A DNA stretch of 63,728 nucleotides, filler included, from Folioceros fuciformis (taxonomy: Eukaryota), in the NCBI GenBank assembly GCA_049999805.1. It is 8 parts of 8 records of this genome, joined end to end, with 100 filler letters (N's around TTAATTAATTAA, not from the genome) between each part and the next. Parts side by side here need not be neighbours in the genome. Positions count along the whole stretch, not along the records: positions 1 to 3,704 come from JBNGIO010005653.1; positions 3,805 to 27,490 come from JBNGIO010005654.1; 6 more parts are not named here. One strand, given 5' to 3'. Below the pieces are notes generated by a model that did not search any database, was not told the DNA's origin, and saw only the letters and a program-made list of their open reading frames with translations. Below, in pieces: positions 1 through 11,300 of this stretch. Both the position numbers and the translations under genes were made by a program. Within the stretch, counting starts at the first letter, position 1. Each line of letters starts with the position of its first letter.

Positions 1-1165
1 GACATACCTGTTCCTAGTTTTGTATGTGGATGATATGTTGTTGGCTTTGAATTCCCTCCACCTGCTAATAACGATGAGGGATTTATTGATGGCCGAGTTT
101 AAGATGACTCACCTGGGTGAAGCTAGGTACTGCGCGGGAATTCATATACAAAGGGACAGGACTACAAGGACTCTCACACTGAGCCAGGAGAGATACCTTA
201 GGGAGTGTTTGGCGCAGTTTAACATGACCGACTACAAGCCCTGTAGTACCCCGATGGTTGCAGGTTAGAGGCTGACAAAAGCTATGTGTCCAGTCACCGA
301 TGCTAAGAAGGAAGCCATGAGGGGAGTACCCTACAGAGCAATCGTGGGAAAAATCTTATATTCTCGAAATACTACTAGACCTGAAACGTTAGTAGCATCA
401 GGAAACTGTTCCCAATTTTTGGAAAATCCTGGCAATTTACACTGGGTGGCAGCAAAACGTGTCCTACGATACTTTGCTGGAACATTGACAGTTGGAATCA
501 CGTATGTAGGAGAGGTTGGAGGCATACTTACAATGCAGATTTTCTGTGACTCGGATTATGCTGTTGATGTAGATACCAGAAGATCAATTACTACTTTTGT
601 GGCCACTCTTGTTGGAGGACCTGTGGACTAGCAGTCACGTAAACAACCCACTGTGGCACTCTCAACAACTGAAGCTGAGTACAAGGTGTTGACAGAGGGT
701 GCCAAGGCTGCCATGTGGTCCAGGAGATTGTTAGCTGAGCTTCGGCATGAACAAAGAGAACCTACCATGTTGTACTGTGACAACCAAGGAGCGGTTGCTC
801 TTGCACGAAACCCTGTGTTTCATGCAAGAACGAGGCACATTGGTGTACAGTACCATTTTATTAGGGAAGCTATCGATGCTGAAGATGTAGTGGTTTCCTA
901 CATAGCAACTGCTGACAATCCAACTGATGTCCTGACAAAGCCACTAGCACGTGAGCTCCACAACAAGCATATAAAGTTTCTGTCACTTCTACCTACTACA
1001 CTAGCCAAAATAGGCCCTTCAGTCCACTTGAGTATCAGCCAGAATCTGAAGATGGGCTGTGAGAGCTTAGCTGGGGCAGAAGGCTGTCACGGCCTCAACA
1101 TTCATGGGGCCGTCACACTGTGGGAGCCTGTCGGCATCGAAGATTCAGAAGCTGCAGTGGTGTAG
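1..1165 (+). mobile_element. Ty1/copia RT-RNase H fragment, decayed by in-frame stops
   Basis: YVDD RT motif, DSDYA..D.DTRRS and ALSTTEAEY..CDNQGA..HARTRHI RNase H motifs; purine tract GTGGGAGAG at ~1249-1257. Confidence 0.95.
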
Positions 1166-1459
1166 CGCTGGCAGCAATTCGAAGACTCAAGCTACCGCGG
1201 CAATACAACGACGAAGAATTTTTGACGGGCGCTACTCTAATGTGCTATGTGGGAGAGTTGAAGAGCAGCACGATAGAGTAGCGTAGTTAGTTAAGTATAC
1301 ATGATATGAGATTTAAAGCGTTAAGTCGTTACCTATCTGCCGACCTAACCACCACGAGGTCAGCAGGCACCAAGGACGTGTCTGTCAGAGTCTGCATACA
1401 CAAGAGACTGCTAGCAGAGCGCTAATGTACAATCCATTCTAATCTGATGCGATTCCCTA

Positions 1460-1792
1460 CTATTTGTCTGGTGGCAAGGTCATTGAGGAAAGGAAAAATC
1501 TGGGGAGCCAAGGAAAGCATCAGAGGCTCATGTGGTTGCCCGGGCCACAACGACAAACCCAAATGCCATCCTCACTGTGTGCCTTGCACACACCAAGGCT
1601 TATCACAATTATTGGTTTGTCGATTCAGGTGCCTCAGCGCACATATGCTACATGCAAGAAGGCTTTATCAAATACAATAGCTATACACCTGGACAGTTTT
1701 TTCTACTTGGAGATGAGAGTGGACTTGCCATTGCCGGCTGTGGCACCGTGCAAATCCAGCTGCAAGATGGATCTACTCACCCTCTTCACCAT
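1460..1792 (+). mobile_element. Ty1/copia gag-end/protease fragment cut by an LTR insertion
   Basis: WFVDSGASAHIC protease motif and LLGDESGLAIAGCG; homology stops at ~1792. Confidence 0.85.
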
Positions 1793-2024
1793 TGGTAGAA
1801 TAATATATATCCAGCATTAATAAATAGTAAATAAATATTTAGATGGGAACCGGTAGATTCCTACCGACATACACAAGGGTCGGCAACCTAAAACTAATCG
1901 CCGTACCTTCACACTCACAGGACACAACCGTTCTGTCCTTTTTTAAGGCCACACGGCCAAAGTAAAGTACATCTATCATTCTACATCTTGTTTGCTCTCG
2001 CTTCCTCCTCGATCCTAATTTATA
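1793..2024 (+). mobile_element. 5' LTR of copia copy A (ends approximate)
   Basis: Shares blocks with the minus-strand LTR at 38039-38293 (AGAATAAT, ATCCAGCATTA, GGTAGATT, CCACACGGC, CTCGATCCTA); followed by a PBS. Confidence 0.75.
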
Positions 2025-2036
2025 TGGTATCAGAGC
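2025..2036 (+). promoter_or_regulatory. tRNA-iMet primer binding site
   Basis: TGGTATCAGAGC directly after the LTR. Confidence 0.9.
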
Positions 2037-2040
2037 GGTA

Positions 2041-2217
2041 ATGGAGGATGTGTCGCCACCGCGCGAGAGCAACATCTGCAAGAGTTTGAATTGCATTAGA
2101 AATTTGAGCCTCAAAGAATTTCATGCAGCAATCTCTGCACTCCGAGTATCTCTTACCCGATTTGGCGCAATGGCCGACACCTTTCTTGCAAGCGCCGTTA
2201 GTCACTACTACGACTGA
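2041..2217 (+). CDS. Copia leader ORF1, 58 aa, unknown function (below the ORF-track length cutoff)
   Basis: Hand translation MEDVSPPRESNICKSLNCIRNLSLKEFHAAISALRVSLTRFGAMADTFLASAVSHYYD*; homologous to 36239-36418. Confidence 0.75.
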   Translation: MEDVSPPRESNICKSLNCIRNLSLKEFHAAISALRVSLTRFGAMADTFLASAVSHYYD

Positions 2218-2226
2218 CTGCGCGTG

Positions 2227-2968
2227 ATGCCGAGAGCGCGAGGTAGAGCCACGCATTTGCCTGCAGACCCCTTTCTTGGCTGTCGCAGTGTGCCAGAGGA
2301 CGTGCACAACCAGAATCTCCACCGGTTCTTTGCAACACTGCAATTTCAATCCCCTGCACACGCACATAGATCACAAGCGTCAGCATAGGTGTCAGGATAG
2401 GCGTCGCACAACCCAATTCCATCAGCGACACCTGAAACCAGATCCTCTTGCTGCCCTTAGATGCCAAGTTCGATAGAATATCCAGAACGCACGCATAATT
2501 CCTGAACAGAGAGCACGCGAGCTTGCACGTTCTAAGTCTTATGATTTCACAACATTTACCGCACCAGGTTATGACTTCGTGGCAGGATTGTCAGGTCTGA
2601 TTGAGGCACACACAGCCAGAGTGGATGCACTGTTGCGAAATCACTCAGAACAAGTTCGCCAGCGCTCTGTGCACCTGTCCAGTGAAATCACACGTCTTAG
2701 TACACACATTAGGACCCTTTCTGGGCACGTCAAGAATTTGCTGCAGATTTCCTTGAAGAATTCTAGTCTGGATCTTACCTCAGAAGGTGCAACGCCCACA
2801 CCGGTTCATATCTCGAACGCACCGATTCAAATCCCAGTCGCACCGGTTCAGACCTCGCAGCAAGAACAAGAGCAAGACACACAGCTTATGAAGATGATTC
2901 ATGCCATGCTTCTGTGCAGTACCGGGCAACCAAGATCACTTGAGCCTGAACCAACTAGAGCCTTGTAA
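2227..2968 (+). pseudogene. Copia leader ORF2, coiled-coil-like, disrupted
   Basis: Starts MPRARGR..LPADPF, frameshifts into KPDPLAALRCQVR*..LIEAHTARV..HIRTLSGHVKNL..PVHIS..LMKMI; homologous to 36429-37070 and 43226-43838. Confidence 0.7.
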
Positions 2969-2976
2969 GACTGTAC

Positions 2977-3704
2977 ATGCCAAGGGGCAAAAGTCGCGGT
3001 AGAAGTAGAGGCAACTCACCTTCACCTAACTTCTTAGATCCACTCTCTCTCTTTGCTGCTTCATCTTCACAAGGTAGCAACACTTCTAGAGTAGATCCAG
3101 CCCTTGATCGCATTCAGCGAGCACGTCTCAAGAAGGCACTAGCAGATGCACGTAAGAAGCAAGCTGAGTTAGTAGCAGCTACCCTTGCAAATCAGATCAT
3201 AGTAAACATGGTCACTCCAGTTATTACCAACCTGAAGATAGATTTCAAGGAAAAGGACCGCTTCTCAGGGTCCCAGTTTGATATTTGGTCACTTAGAGTC
3301 CAGACAATTCTAAAAGAGAATGGCCTGTGGGGAGTTGTCACGGGAACCGTACCTAAACCAGCTGGACCCACTGTGACCGCTGCACAAGTCGAAGCTTGGG
3401 AGAAACTGGACCTGAGAGCACTTGGAGTGATCCAGTCCGCATTGGATGGATCAATGATGTCTCATACACAAGATGTGGAGAATACAAAAGAAGCTTGGGA
3501 CTCACTCACACATACATATCAAGTAAGCAACGGCTCATTGCTGGTTGGAGCTACAAGAGCGTTCTATACTTGTAAAATGTGTGAGAATGAACCAATGGAT
3601 CAACATGTGGTGAAGTTTCGACAGTTACGATCGAAGCTTACCTCAAGTGGGACGAGGACCACGGAGATGCAGGCAGCAGTTGCCCTCCTTCTCTCTCTTC
3701 CTCC
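2977..3704 (+). CDS. Ty1/copia gag, truncated by gap
   Basis: FSGSQFDIWSLRVQTILKENGLWGVV..AWEKLDLRALGVIQ (UBN2-type gag); close to 42211-43215. Confidence 0.9.
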
Positions 3705-3804
3705 NNNNNNNNNNNNNNNNNNNNNNNNNNNNNNNNNNNNNNNNNNNNTTAATTAATTAANNNNNNNNNNNNNNNNNNNNNNNNNNNNNNNNNNNNNNNN
3801 NNNN

Positions 3805-4843
3805 CACCGCGTACCTATGACGAGACTTTCATGGCGTACCTCACTCAAGGAGATGCTACCTTTTCACCTCCCACTTCCGCGTCGCAAGTTGGGTCAAGCT
3901 ATGCCTTTTTCCCCTCGTACAGACAATAGTCATTTTTCTCTTCTCCACCACTCTTTTCCTCTTCTCCTCTACCTCCCCCTCCTTCCACTATTGCAAGCTT
4001 GCCATCTGCTACACCACCACCACCTGCTACCAAGTGGGAAGCTTGTGCCAAAGGAGTCGGATAATGCCACCACCACACAAACAAAAACTAGGCGCTCGTG
4101 AGGGGAATTGTGGAAGGACCATCACGTCATCAACCTCATTCATGTTCGAGGAGGATTACAAGTGGAGTTTGACAAAACTCCCAAACAAGGTATGGTCCCT
4201 CATCACCCTACAGTGATTGTGCTTCTCATGTCTGATCGTACTTCCTTCTCACCCGTTCTCCTCGCACTGTAGAGGCATTGATGTATGGAATAAGGTGGTA
4301 ATCAAGCTGTCTTCTATTTGTCCCGACTTTGACAAGAATGGAGAAGCATGCCGACAAAAATGGAAAACAATCTACAATGACTATAAGCACGATAAGGCCC
4401 TGAATGGTATTCTAGGAAATGCCAGGTCTGATAAGTGTCGTTGGTTTGATCTTGTAGACAGGTACATGGGAGAAAGAGCTCATGTGGTTTGTCCCCTAGC
4501 TTCAAGCCATGTGGATTCACATTCCGGCTCACAGATAAGTAGTTCACAGGAGGAAGGCCATGGAGACCCATCACTTGATCCCTCATGTTGTTCACAACCA
4601 CAAGAGCCAAGCGGTGTTGATGGGCATTCCAGTACACCTACTTCTCAAGGTATGCAAAATACGGAAGCTAAGAAGCGGTCAAGGTCTCGCAGTGATGGAG
4701 AAGTAGATAATCATATGTACACTATGCAGCTCTTAGAAAGCCTTACAAGGAATGTAGAAAATAGTGAAGGCCAAAAAATTGCTTCATTACAGAGCTTGAC
4801 TCAAGCCATCACTGTCTTGGTAAGTGCTCTAGGAAATAAGTGA
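3805..4843 (+). mobile_element. PIF/Harbinger Myb/SANT-like DNA-binding ORF (spliced; 5' part decayed)
   Basis: WKDHHVINLIHVRG..KQG, GT-AG intron ~4190-4274, then IDVWNKV..CRQKWKTIYNDYK..CRWFDLVD; convergent with a DDE transposase. Confidence 0.8.
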
Positions 4844-4897
4844 TATGAAATGATAGCATCTTTCTAGCCTTAAATTGTACTAACTCTCACTTACATT

Positions 4898-6260
4898 CTA
4901 ATCACTCTCACTCATGCTTTCGGTCATTTCATTGTCATTCGGAAAAGTGTTCTGGATTACCTTGTGTGTCTTTGCACTGTACATAGCATGTCCGATGGCA
5001 GAAATTCTTCGAACGCCTTCTACATACCCGGGAAGCTCAAGCTCATTTCTATCCCCGTTGTCATAAGTACCACCAGTATGAACTGAGGGCATGGCATTGC
5101 GAGCTCTTACTCCCCTGATTTCAAATAAAGATTCCCTTGCTACGTTACTTGCCTCTGTCTCCATATCACCAAGTACACAACTTTCACAATCATGAATTGC
5201 CTCTTCAAGCCATGCATTATCAAAACTATCCATTTCCTGTATGCACATGTTATGTAGGATAAGACATGCTTGCACCACCCTAGGGACATATTTCTGTTTC
5301 ATGTCCAGCCGTTTAAGAAGGCACCTGAAACGAGCTTTTAACATGCCAAATGCACGCTCTACAGCCATGCGAGTACTACTCTGGACAAAGTTCCAATTCT
5401 GCTGTACTAGTGAAAATCCATCCTTCGAGCCTTTATATGGTGTCAACATGTAAATACAAGGCCAGTACCCTGCATCACCCACCAAACTATATTGTCCTAG
5501 CTTACCACGATCACACATTTGCCCAAGTGTGGTACGCTTGAACAAGTTTCAATCATTAAGGCTACCTACCCAACTGAAATCATAATCCCATACATAGCAA
5601 TGGGTAGAAAACAGTAAGTTGTAGCAACTGAGAGTAAAAGCCCTTGTTGTTATAATAGTCTGCCTTGTTGACAAAGGGTCCTACGATCGGTATGTGGCTC
5701 CCATCCACAGCCCCCACAACAAATGGAATGCCTCTAATGGCTTCAAACTGGCTAGCATACTTCTAGAAGCATACGAGCCGTCGATGGCCATGAAATATAT
5801 GTATCATGTAAGGTTTGCACCAAAGCCGCACAAAATTGGTGAACACATACACAGACAGTAGATGTTCCATATCCAAAGAGATCCCCAATTACCTGCAATC
5901 TGTCACCTCCTGCAAGCATGAGTAAGGACATAGCAACTTTATGTTCAAGTGGCACAGCTTTCCTGCATGAAGTATCTCGAGTTGTGAGGACAGGATTGAG
6001 CTTGGCACAGATGGCGTGAAATGTGGCTTTTCAAATGCGCATTCTTCTCTTGAACATTGCATCACTGTATGAGCCCATGAGCTGTTGGTCAAAGAGTGAC
6101 TGGCTTCTCGCATATGTCCATATACTTCTGGAAATCAAAGAAGCCCAAGTATCTTGCAACTGCAAAACAACGCCCCAAGAACCCAACACCAAAACAACGC
6201 CCCAAGAACCCAACACCAATGCCAATGATGATGAATCAGCCACTTCAATGGCTACATACA
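4898..6260 (-). mobile_element. PIF/Harbinger DDE transposase (HARBI1-like), frameshifted
   Basis: LEHKVAMSL..IGDLFGYGTSTV, GAVDGSHIP, LVGDAGY, SSTRMAVERAFGMLKARF, ACLILHN spread over several frames. Confidence 0.9.
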
Positions 6261-6547
6261 CAAGGACGCCCAATATGATTGCTTGCAAGAGGGGCATGTC
6301 CGTAGGTTGCTTGCAAGAGGGGCATGTCTATAGGTTCCATTGCAATCACGGCTCGTATCGTAGGTACAGCCAAGGGAATGTGGCAGTGCGATGGTGCGCA
6401 GACGAAACGATGAACGAAGCCACGAGATCAAGTACACTTTTATGTCTCTTATTATATCATCTAATAATAATGATAATATTTACATTTTATTATATTAAAT
6501 AATATGAATAAATAACCACATCATCACAATGCTGAAACCATTCCACC

Positions 6548-7136
6548 AGTAATGGCATAAGTGAAATAAGGTGAAAGTTAAAAGTAGAAAGGTGAAAGCT
6601 AAATCTAGAGCTGTCTTGATGAAGAAGCAAGTATGCTTCTTACTGCCTTTGGAAAAAAAATGTGTGTTCCAGGCAAAACCTCCTAAGAAGGATGGAGTTG
6701 TAATGACCACTAGTATTCTAGGATGAGTGGTGTGTATCATTCCCAGTTTTAGCAGTGGCTTAGCTGTGGAGTATAAATAGGCCAGTGTTAGGGTCTTAAG
6801 GATACGGTGATACACTGATACACAAAGAGGCAGACAGTGAGAAGTCTAGCCTGGAGGCATAGCTGTGGAGGGCTTGAAGAGCAAGCTTGTCAGATAGAGT
6901 CGAGGGCAGTAGCCAGTGGGGCGTAGATCGCCAGACTCTTTGTAAGTATCTGGAATAAAGAGCAGCACCTAGAGGAGGTGGTCTGCGAGTCGTCAGTGGA
7001 CGGCGGGCTACTTGGAGCCTAGTGCTGAGTCGTGTGAGAGGGAGTGAGTGAATTGCAAGTGGAGCGCTGCGGAGTGTTTAGACGAGATTCGAGGCCGTTG
7101 CTTCCTTTTACGCTGCGTAAGGAAGGGGGCGTTACT
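6548..7136 (+). repeat. 5' LTR of gypsy element
   Basis: Near-identical to 11720-12308; starts AGTAAT, ends GTTACT; TATAAATA at ~6772, AATAAA at ~6954. Confidence 0.95.
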
Positions 7137-7140
7137 TAGT

Positions 7141-7152
7141 TGGTATCAGAGC
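7141..7152 (+). promoter_or_regulatory. tRNA-iMet primer binding site
   Basis: TGGTATCAGAGC 4 nt after the LTR end. Confidence 0.92.
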
Positions 7153-7254
7153 ATAGTCTATTCCTCCAAGATGGCTAAGCGCTAGAGGATGCAAATACGA
7201 GAGGTTTCCCCTAATCCCCCGCCTCAATAACTCGAGGAAAATCAAGGCAAGGAG

Positions 7255-8355
7255 ATGCCGCCTACCGACTCAGCAGGGCCATCCGGAGACAAATCTGAAG
7301 ATTGGAAGACGCAGATGATGGTCGCTTTACGACAAATTCTCCCCGAAATATTGCCGGAAGTTCTCCAAGATTTGACAGCATCTGGGAAAAAGGCAAGGAA
7401 GGATCCACAGCCTATAGCTCTACAAAATGAGGAAGCGGAAGACAATCAAGATCCTTTTCATATCTTCGAAGCAGTTCCGAGGGCAAATCTGAAATTGACC
7501 GTGCCAGATAAGTATGAGGGAGTAAGGGATCTACAAGCTATTGATTCCTGGATTTACTCTATTGAAAGCTATCTTGCTTCATCTGGCCTGGAGCCTAAGC
7601 ATTACTTAGGAACTGTGGGCAACTTTCTCAAAGGGTATGCTTTGGTGTGGTGGCGAAGTTATTGTGCTAATGTAGCCCAGGGAAATCGAGCACACACCAT
7701 CACAGACTGGGCATCTTTCAAAGAGGCCTTGAAGAAGCAGTTCCAACCTGCGAATGCTTTACGCTTGAGCCGGCAGCTGCTTGATAATATAAAGCAGACA
7801 GGTACCGTACGAGAATATGTAGGTACATTCAGTGAAGCTGTTATGCATTGTACTTCAATGAGTGAAGTTGACAAACTACATCGCTTCATGGTTGGTTTGA
7901 AGGACTGGGCTGCTAACAGAATTGAGTTGTATAGTCCAATGACCTTGGCAGAGGCCATAACAGCAGCAGATGCTATCTCAGATACCTTTCATTCCAACAC
8001 ATTCAACTCCTTAAGAAGATTTCGAGGTAATACCCGTGGACGGTATATGCAAACTAGGGTTTCTTCCAATAATGTTGCAAGAGGGACTCCCAAGGATAAT
8101 GAAAGGAGTACAGTTGTAAGAGGCAACTCCAGTGCGAGCTTCCGTGGGAGAAATCGAGGAGTGCGCAGGGGGCGCGGACCTCAGAGAACAGTGACAATGG
8201 GTTCTCGGAAAGGAGTTTGTTTTGCTTGTGGAGAGCCGGGACATTACGCGAATGAATGCCCCAATACTCAACAAACTTTGAATGTTGTTCAAGACAACCC
8301 ACAGCCCCAAAGACTCAGGATTACAGAAGTATCCGGATCTGAAAATCCCAAATGA
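7255..8355 (+). CDS. Gypsy Gag (retrotransposon gag domain plus CCHC knuckle)
   Basis: LKGYALVWW..WASFKEALKKQF..IKQTGTVREY; CFACGEPGHYANEC. Confidence 0.93.
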   Translation: MPPTDSAGPSGDKSEDWKTQMMVALRQILPEILPEVLQDLTASGKKARKDPQPIALQNEEAEDNQDPFHIFEAVPRANLKLTVPDKYEGVRDLQAIDSWIYSIESYLASSGLEPKHYLGTVGNFLKGYALVWWRSYCANVAQGNRAHTITDWASFKEALKKQFQPANALRLSRQLLDNIKQTGTVREYVGTFSEAVMHCTSMSEVDKLHRFMVGLKDWAANRIELYSPMTLAEAITAADAISDTFHSNTFNSLRRFRGNTRGRYMQTRVSSNNVARGTPKDNERSTVVRGNSSASFRGRNRGVRRGRGPQRTVTMGSRKGVCFACGEPGHYANECPNTQQTLNVVQDNPQPQRLRITEVSGSENPK

Positions 8356-11300
8356 CGGGATTGGCCACATGTTGCACAGGCTACATGTGGTGACTCTCAA
8401 GATGCTGAGGACAGCATTATTCATAGGGCAGGTGGAGAGCTCATGTATATAGAAGGATGTGTGAATCGTGAAGAAGCGAAGATGTTGCTTGATCTAGCAG
8501 CAACACATAATTTCATTTCTCCTGGCAGAGCAAGTAAGCTCGGTTTGACATGGGCTAGTATTTTAGAGCCATGTACAGTGAAACAAGCAAAAGGAAAGCT
8601 GCAGTTCTTAGGACAGCTAGAAAAAGTTCCTTTGCAGATAGGCAATTGGACTGGACAAGCAAGCTTCACAGTTGTAGATATGGATGATCATGAAATCATT
8701 TTGGGCTTAGAATGGATGAAGGCCAATAAGGTATGTGTAGACGTGGACTCACGCACCATACAGATCGTAGGAGATGAAAAGCACAAAGTGAGTTGTGCAG
8801 TCCTTGAGCATCAGCTTGGGCACAAGATTGATGAAGTCATCTCTAAGAAAGAGCTCAAGCGTTGTGTCAAAAATGGAGAGGAACTCTATTTGTTGGTGTT
8901 GCAAGGACTAGAAGATGGTCTTGAGATGGAATCTCAGAAGCAACCAAAGATTCCAAAGGAGATACAGGATGTCTTAGATGAGTTTAAAGACTTAATGCCT
9001 ACTGAGTTACCTCCTTTACCTCAACGGAGAGTTGTAGATCATGAAATTGATCTAAAGCCAGGAAGTGTACCGCCATCAATAGCGCCATATAGATTGTCGC
9101 TAGATGAGCTTCAAGAATTGAAGAGACAAATGTCTAACTTGTTAGCCAAGGGCTATGTTAGAGTCTCAAAATCCCTATTTGGTGCGCCAGTATTGTTTAC
9201 GCGAAAGAAGAATGGAGGATTAAGGTTATGCTTGGATTACAGAGCACTCAACCAGATAACAGTCAAAAATTCCTATCCTTTGCCAAGGATGGATGATATG
9301 TTTGACAGGTTGAAAGGTGCTAAGTATTTTACCAGACTGGATTTGATGGCTGGTTATTACCAGATTCGCATCGCAGAAGGACATGAATACAAAACTGCTT
9401 GTAGGACAAGGTATGGATCTTTTGAATTTCTAGTCATGCCATTTGGACTCACTAATGCACCAGCCACATTTCAGACTCTCATGAATAGTATATTCAGAGA
9501 TCTGTTGGATGAGTGTGTTGTGATCTATTTGGATGACATTTTGATATTCAGTTCTACCTTAGAGGAGCATGTCCAACACTTGAGGAAAGTGTTGGAAAGG
9601 TTAAGGGCAAATTCTTTGTTCTTAGCTATAACAAAGTGTGACTTTGTTAAGGAAGAAATAGACTTCCTTGGATTCATTGTCTCTGCTGATGGAATCAGGA
9701 TGGATCCTGGTAAGGTAAAAGCCATACAGAGTTGGCTGCCGCCAAGCAATGTGCATGAAGTGCGTATGTTTTTAGGATTGGCTAGCGTGTACAGAAGATT
9801 TGTACCAATGTTTGCCAAAATTGCTGCCCCATTAACTGATCTCTTGAAGAAGGTGAAGACATGGAAGTGGGATGAAGAATGTCAAAGGGCATTCGAGTTT
9901 CTCAAGTTGAAACTCAGCACTACCCCAGTACTAGCAATCTATGATCCAAAGAAATATATAGAGGTGTATACTGATGCGTCAGATACAGCTATTGGAGGAG
10001 TGCTTATGCAAGAAGGTAGGCCAGTGGCTTACGAATCAAGAAAGTTGCATGAACATGAGAGGAAATACCCCACATATGAGAAGGAGATGACAGCCGTCAT
10101 CAATTGTCTCAAGATTTGGAGGCACTATCTTCTCGGAAGATCTTTTGTGCTGTACACAGATAATGTAAGTACAAGCTTCTTTTCTAATCAACTACGACTA
10201 AATGCTAGACAAGCAAGATGGCAAGATTTCCTAGCGATGTATGATGTGGAGATTAAGTACAAGCCAGGGAAGGAAAATCTCGTGGCAGATGCTCTTAGTC
10301 GCAAGCAGGAGTTGAGTTTAATGTCTGTTTTTAAGCTGAAGAATCCTAAACTAGCTACAACGCGGATGGTGATTGAGCCAAGGGACACTCACACGCAGAT
10401 TAAAGAGGCTTATTTGCATGATCCATTAGTGCAAGATTGGATCAACGAGATGGAGCAACCGGGGTCTAAGTTTAAGCTTAGAAATGGCTTGTTAATGTTC
10501 AAGCAAAACAGGATTGTGATTCCTGATTCTCAAGAGTTGAGAAAAAAGTTGCTTGCAGAATGTCACGATGTGTTAAGTGCTGGTCATCGGGGAATTGACA
10601 CAACTTATGAGAAGTTGAAGAAGCTGTTTTACTGGCCTGGAATGTACAAACATACTGTAGAGTATGTGAAGTCTTGTGTAGACTGTCAGCAGGATAAAGT
10701 AGAGCAGACAAATCCACGAGGTTTGTTGCAACCCCTGCCTATTCCAAGTGGGCCTTGGAAGAGTATATCAATGGATTTTGTTATGCCATTGCCACCCAGT
10801 AATGGATACACAGCTATCATGACAGTTGTTGATAGGTTCAGCAAGCAAGCACACTTTATCTCCACGAAGAAGCAAGTGAAGGCTTTAGAAGTTGCTCAAT
10901 TGTTTAAGAAGCATATCTATGTGTTACATGGATTGCCTATGCAAATTGTGAGTGATAGAGATCCCAGATTCACAGCGGAAATTTGGCAACAGCTTATGAA
11001 GAGCTTGGGAGTGCAACTATGTCTAAGTACAGCATATCACCCTGATACAGATGGATCTACAGAAAGAGTAAACAGAATCCAAGAGGAATACTTACGACAC
11101 TATGTACAAATGGACCAAAGGAACTGGAGTAATCATCTTGAGGATGCAGAGTTTTGTTATAACAATACTGTACATAGCTCCACAGGCTATACACCTTTTC
11201 AGATGACAGGTAACGAAGCAATGGACGCAGTTTCCATGTTGAATGCTGACGTGTTTGAGACAGCAGCAAGAGAACCACGTGAATTTATTGAGCAGTTAAG

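Noticed and set aside
3705-3804. N-run with TTAATTAATTAA, repeated at 27491, 33422, 43839, 51063, 58806 and 61484
   Set aside because: Identical 100-nt artificial contig linker with stops in all six frames; not biological, and cross-gap neighbourhoods cannot be trusted
6495-6815. Antisense ORF duplicated at 11706-11987
   Set aside because: The duplication only reflects the two LTRs; no evidence of coding constraint
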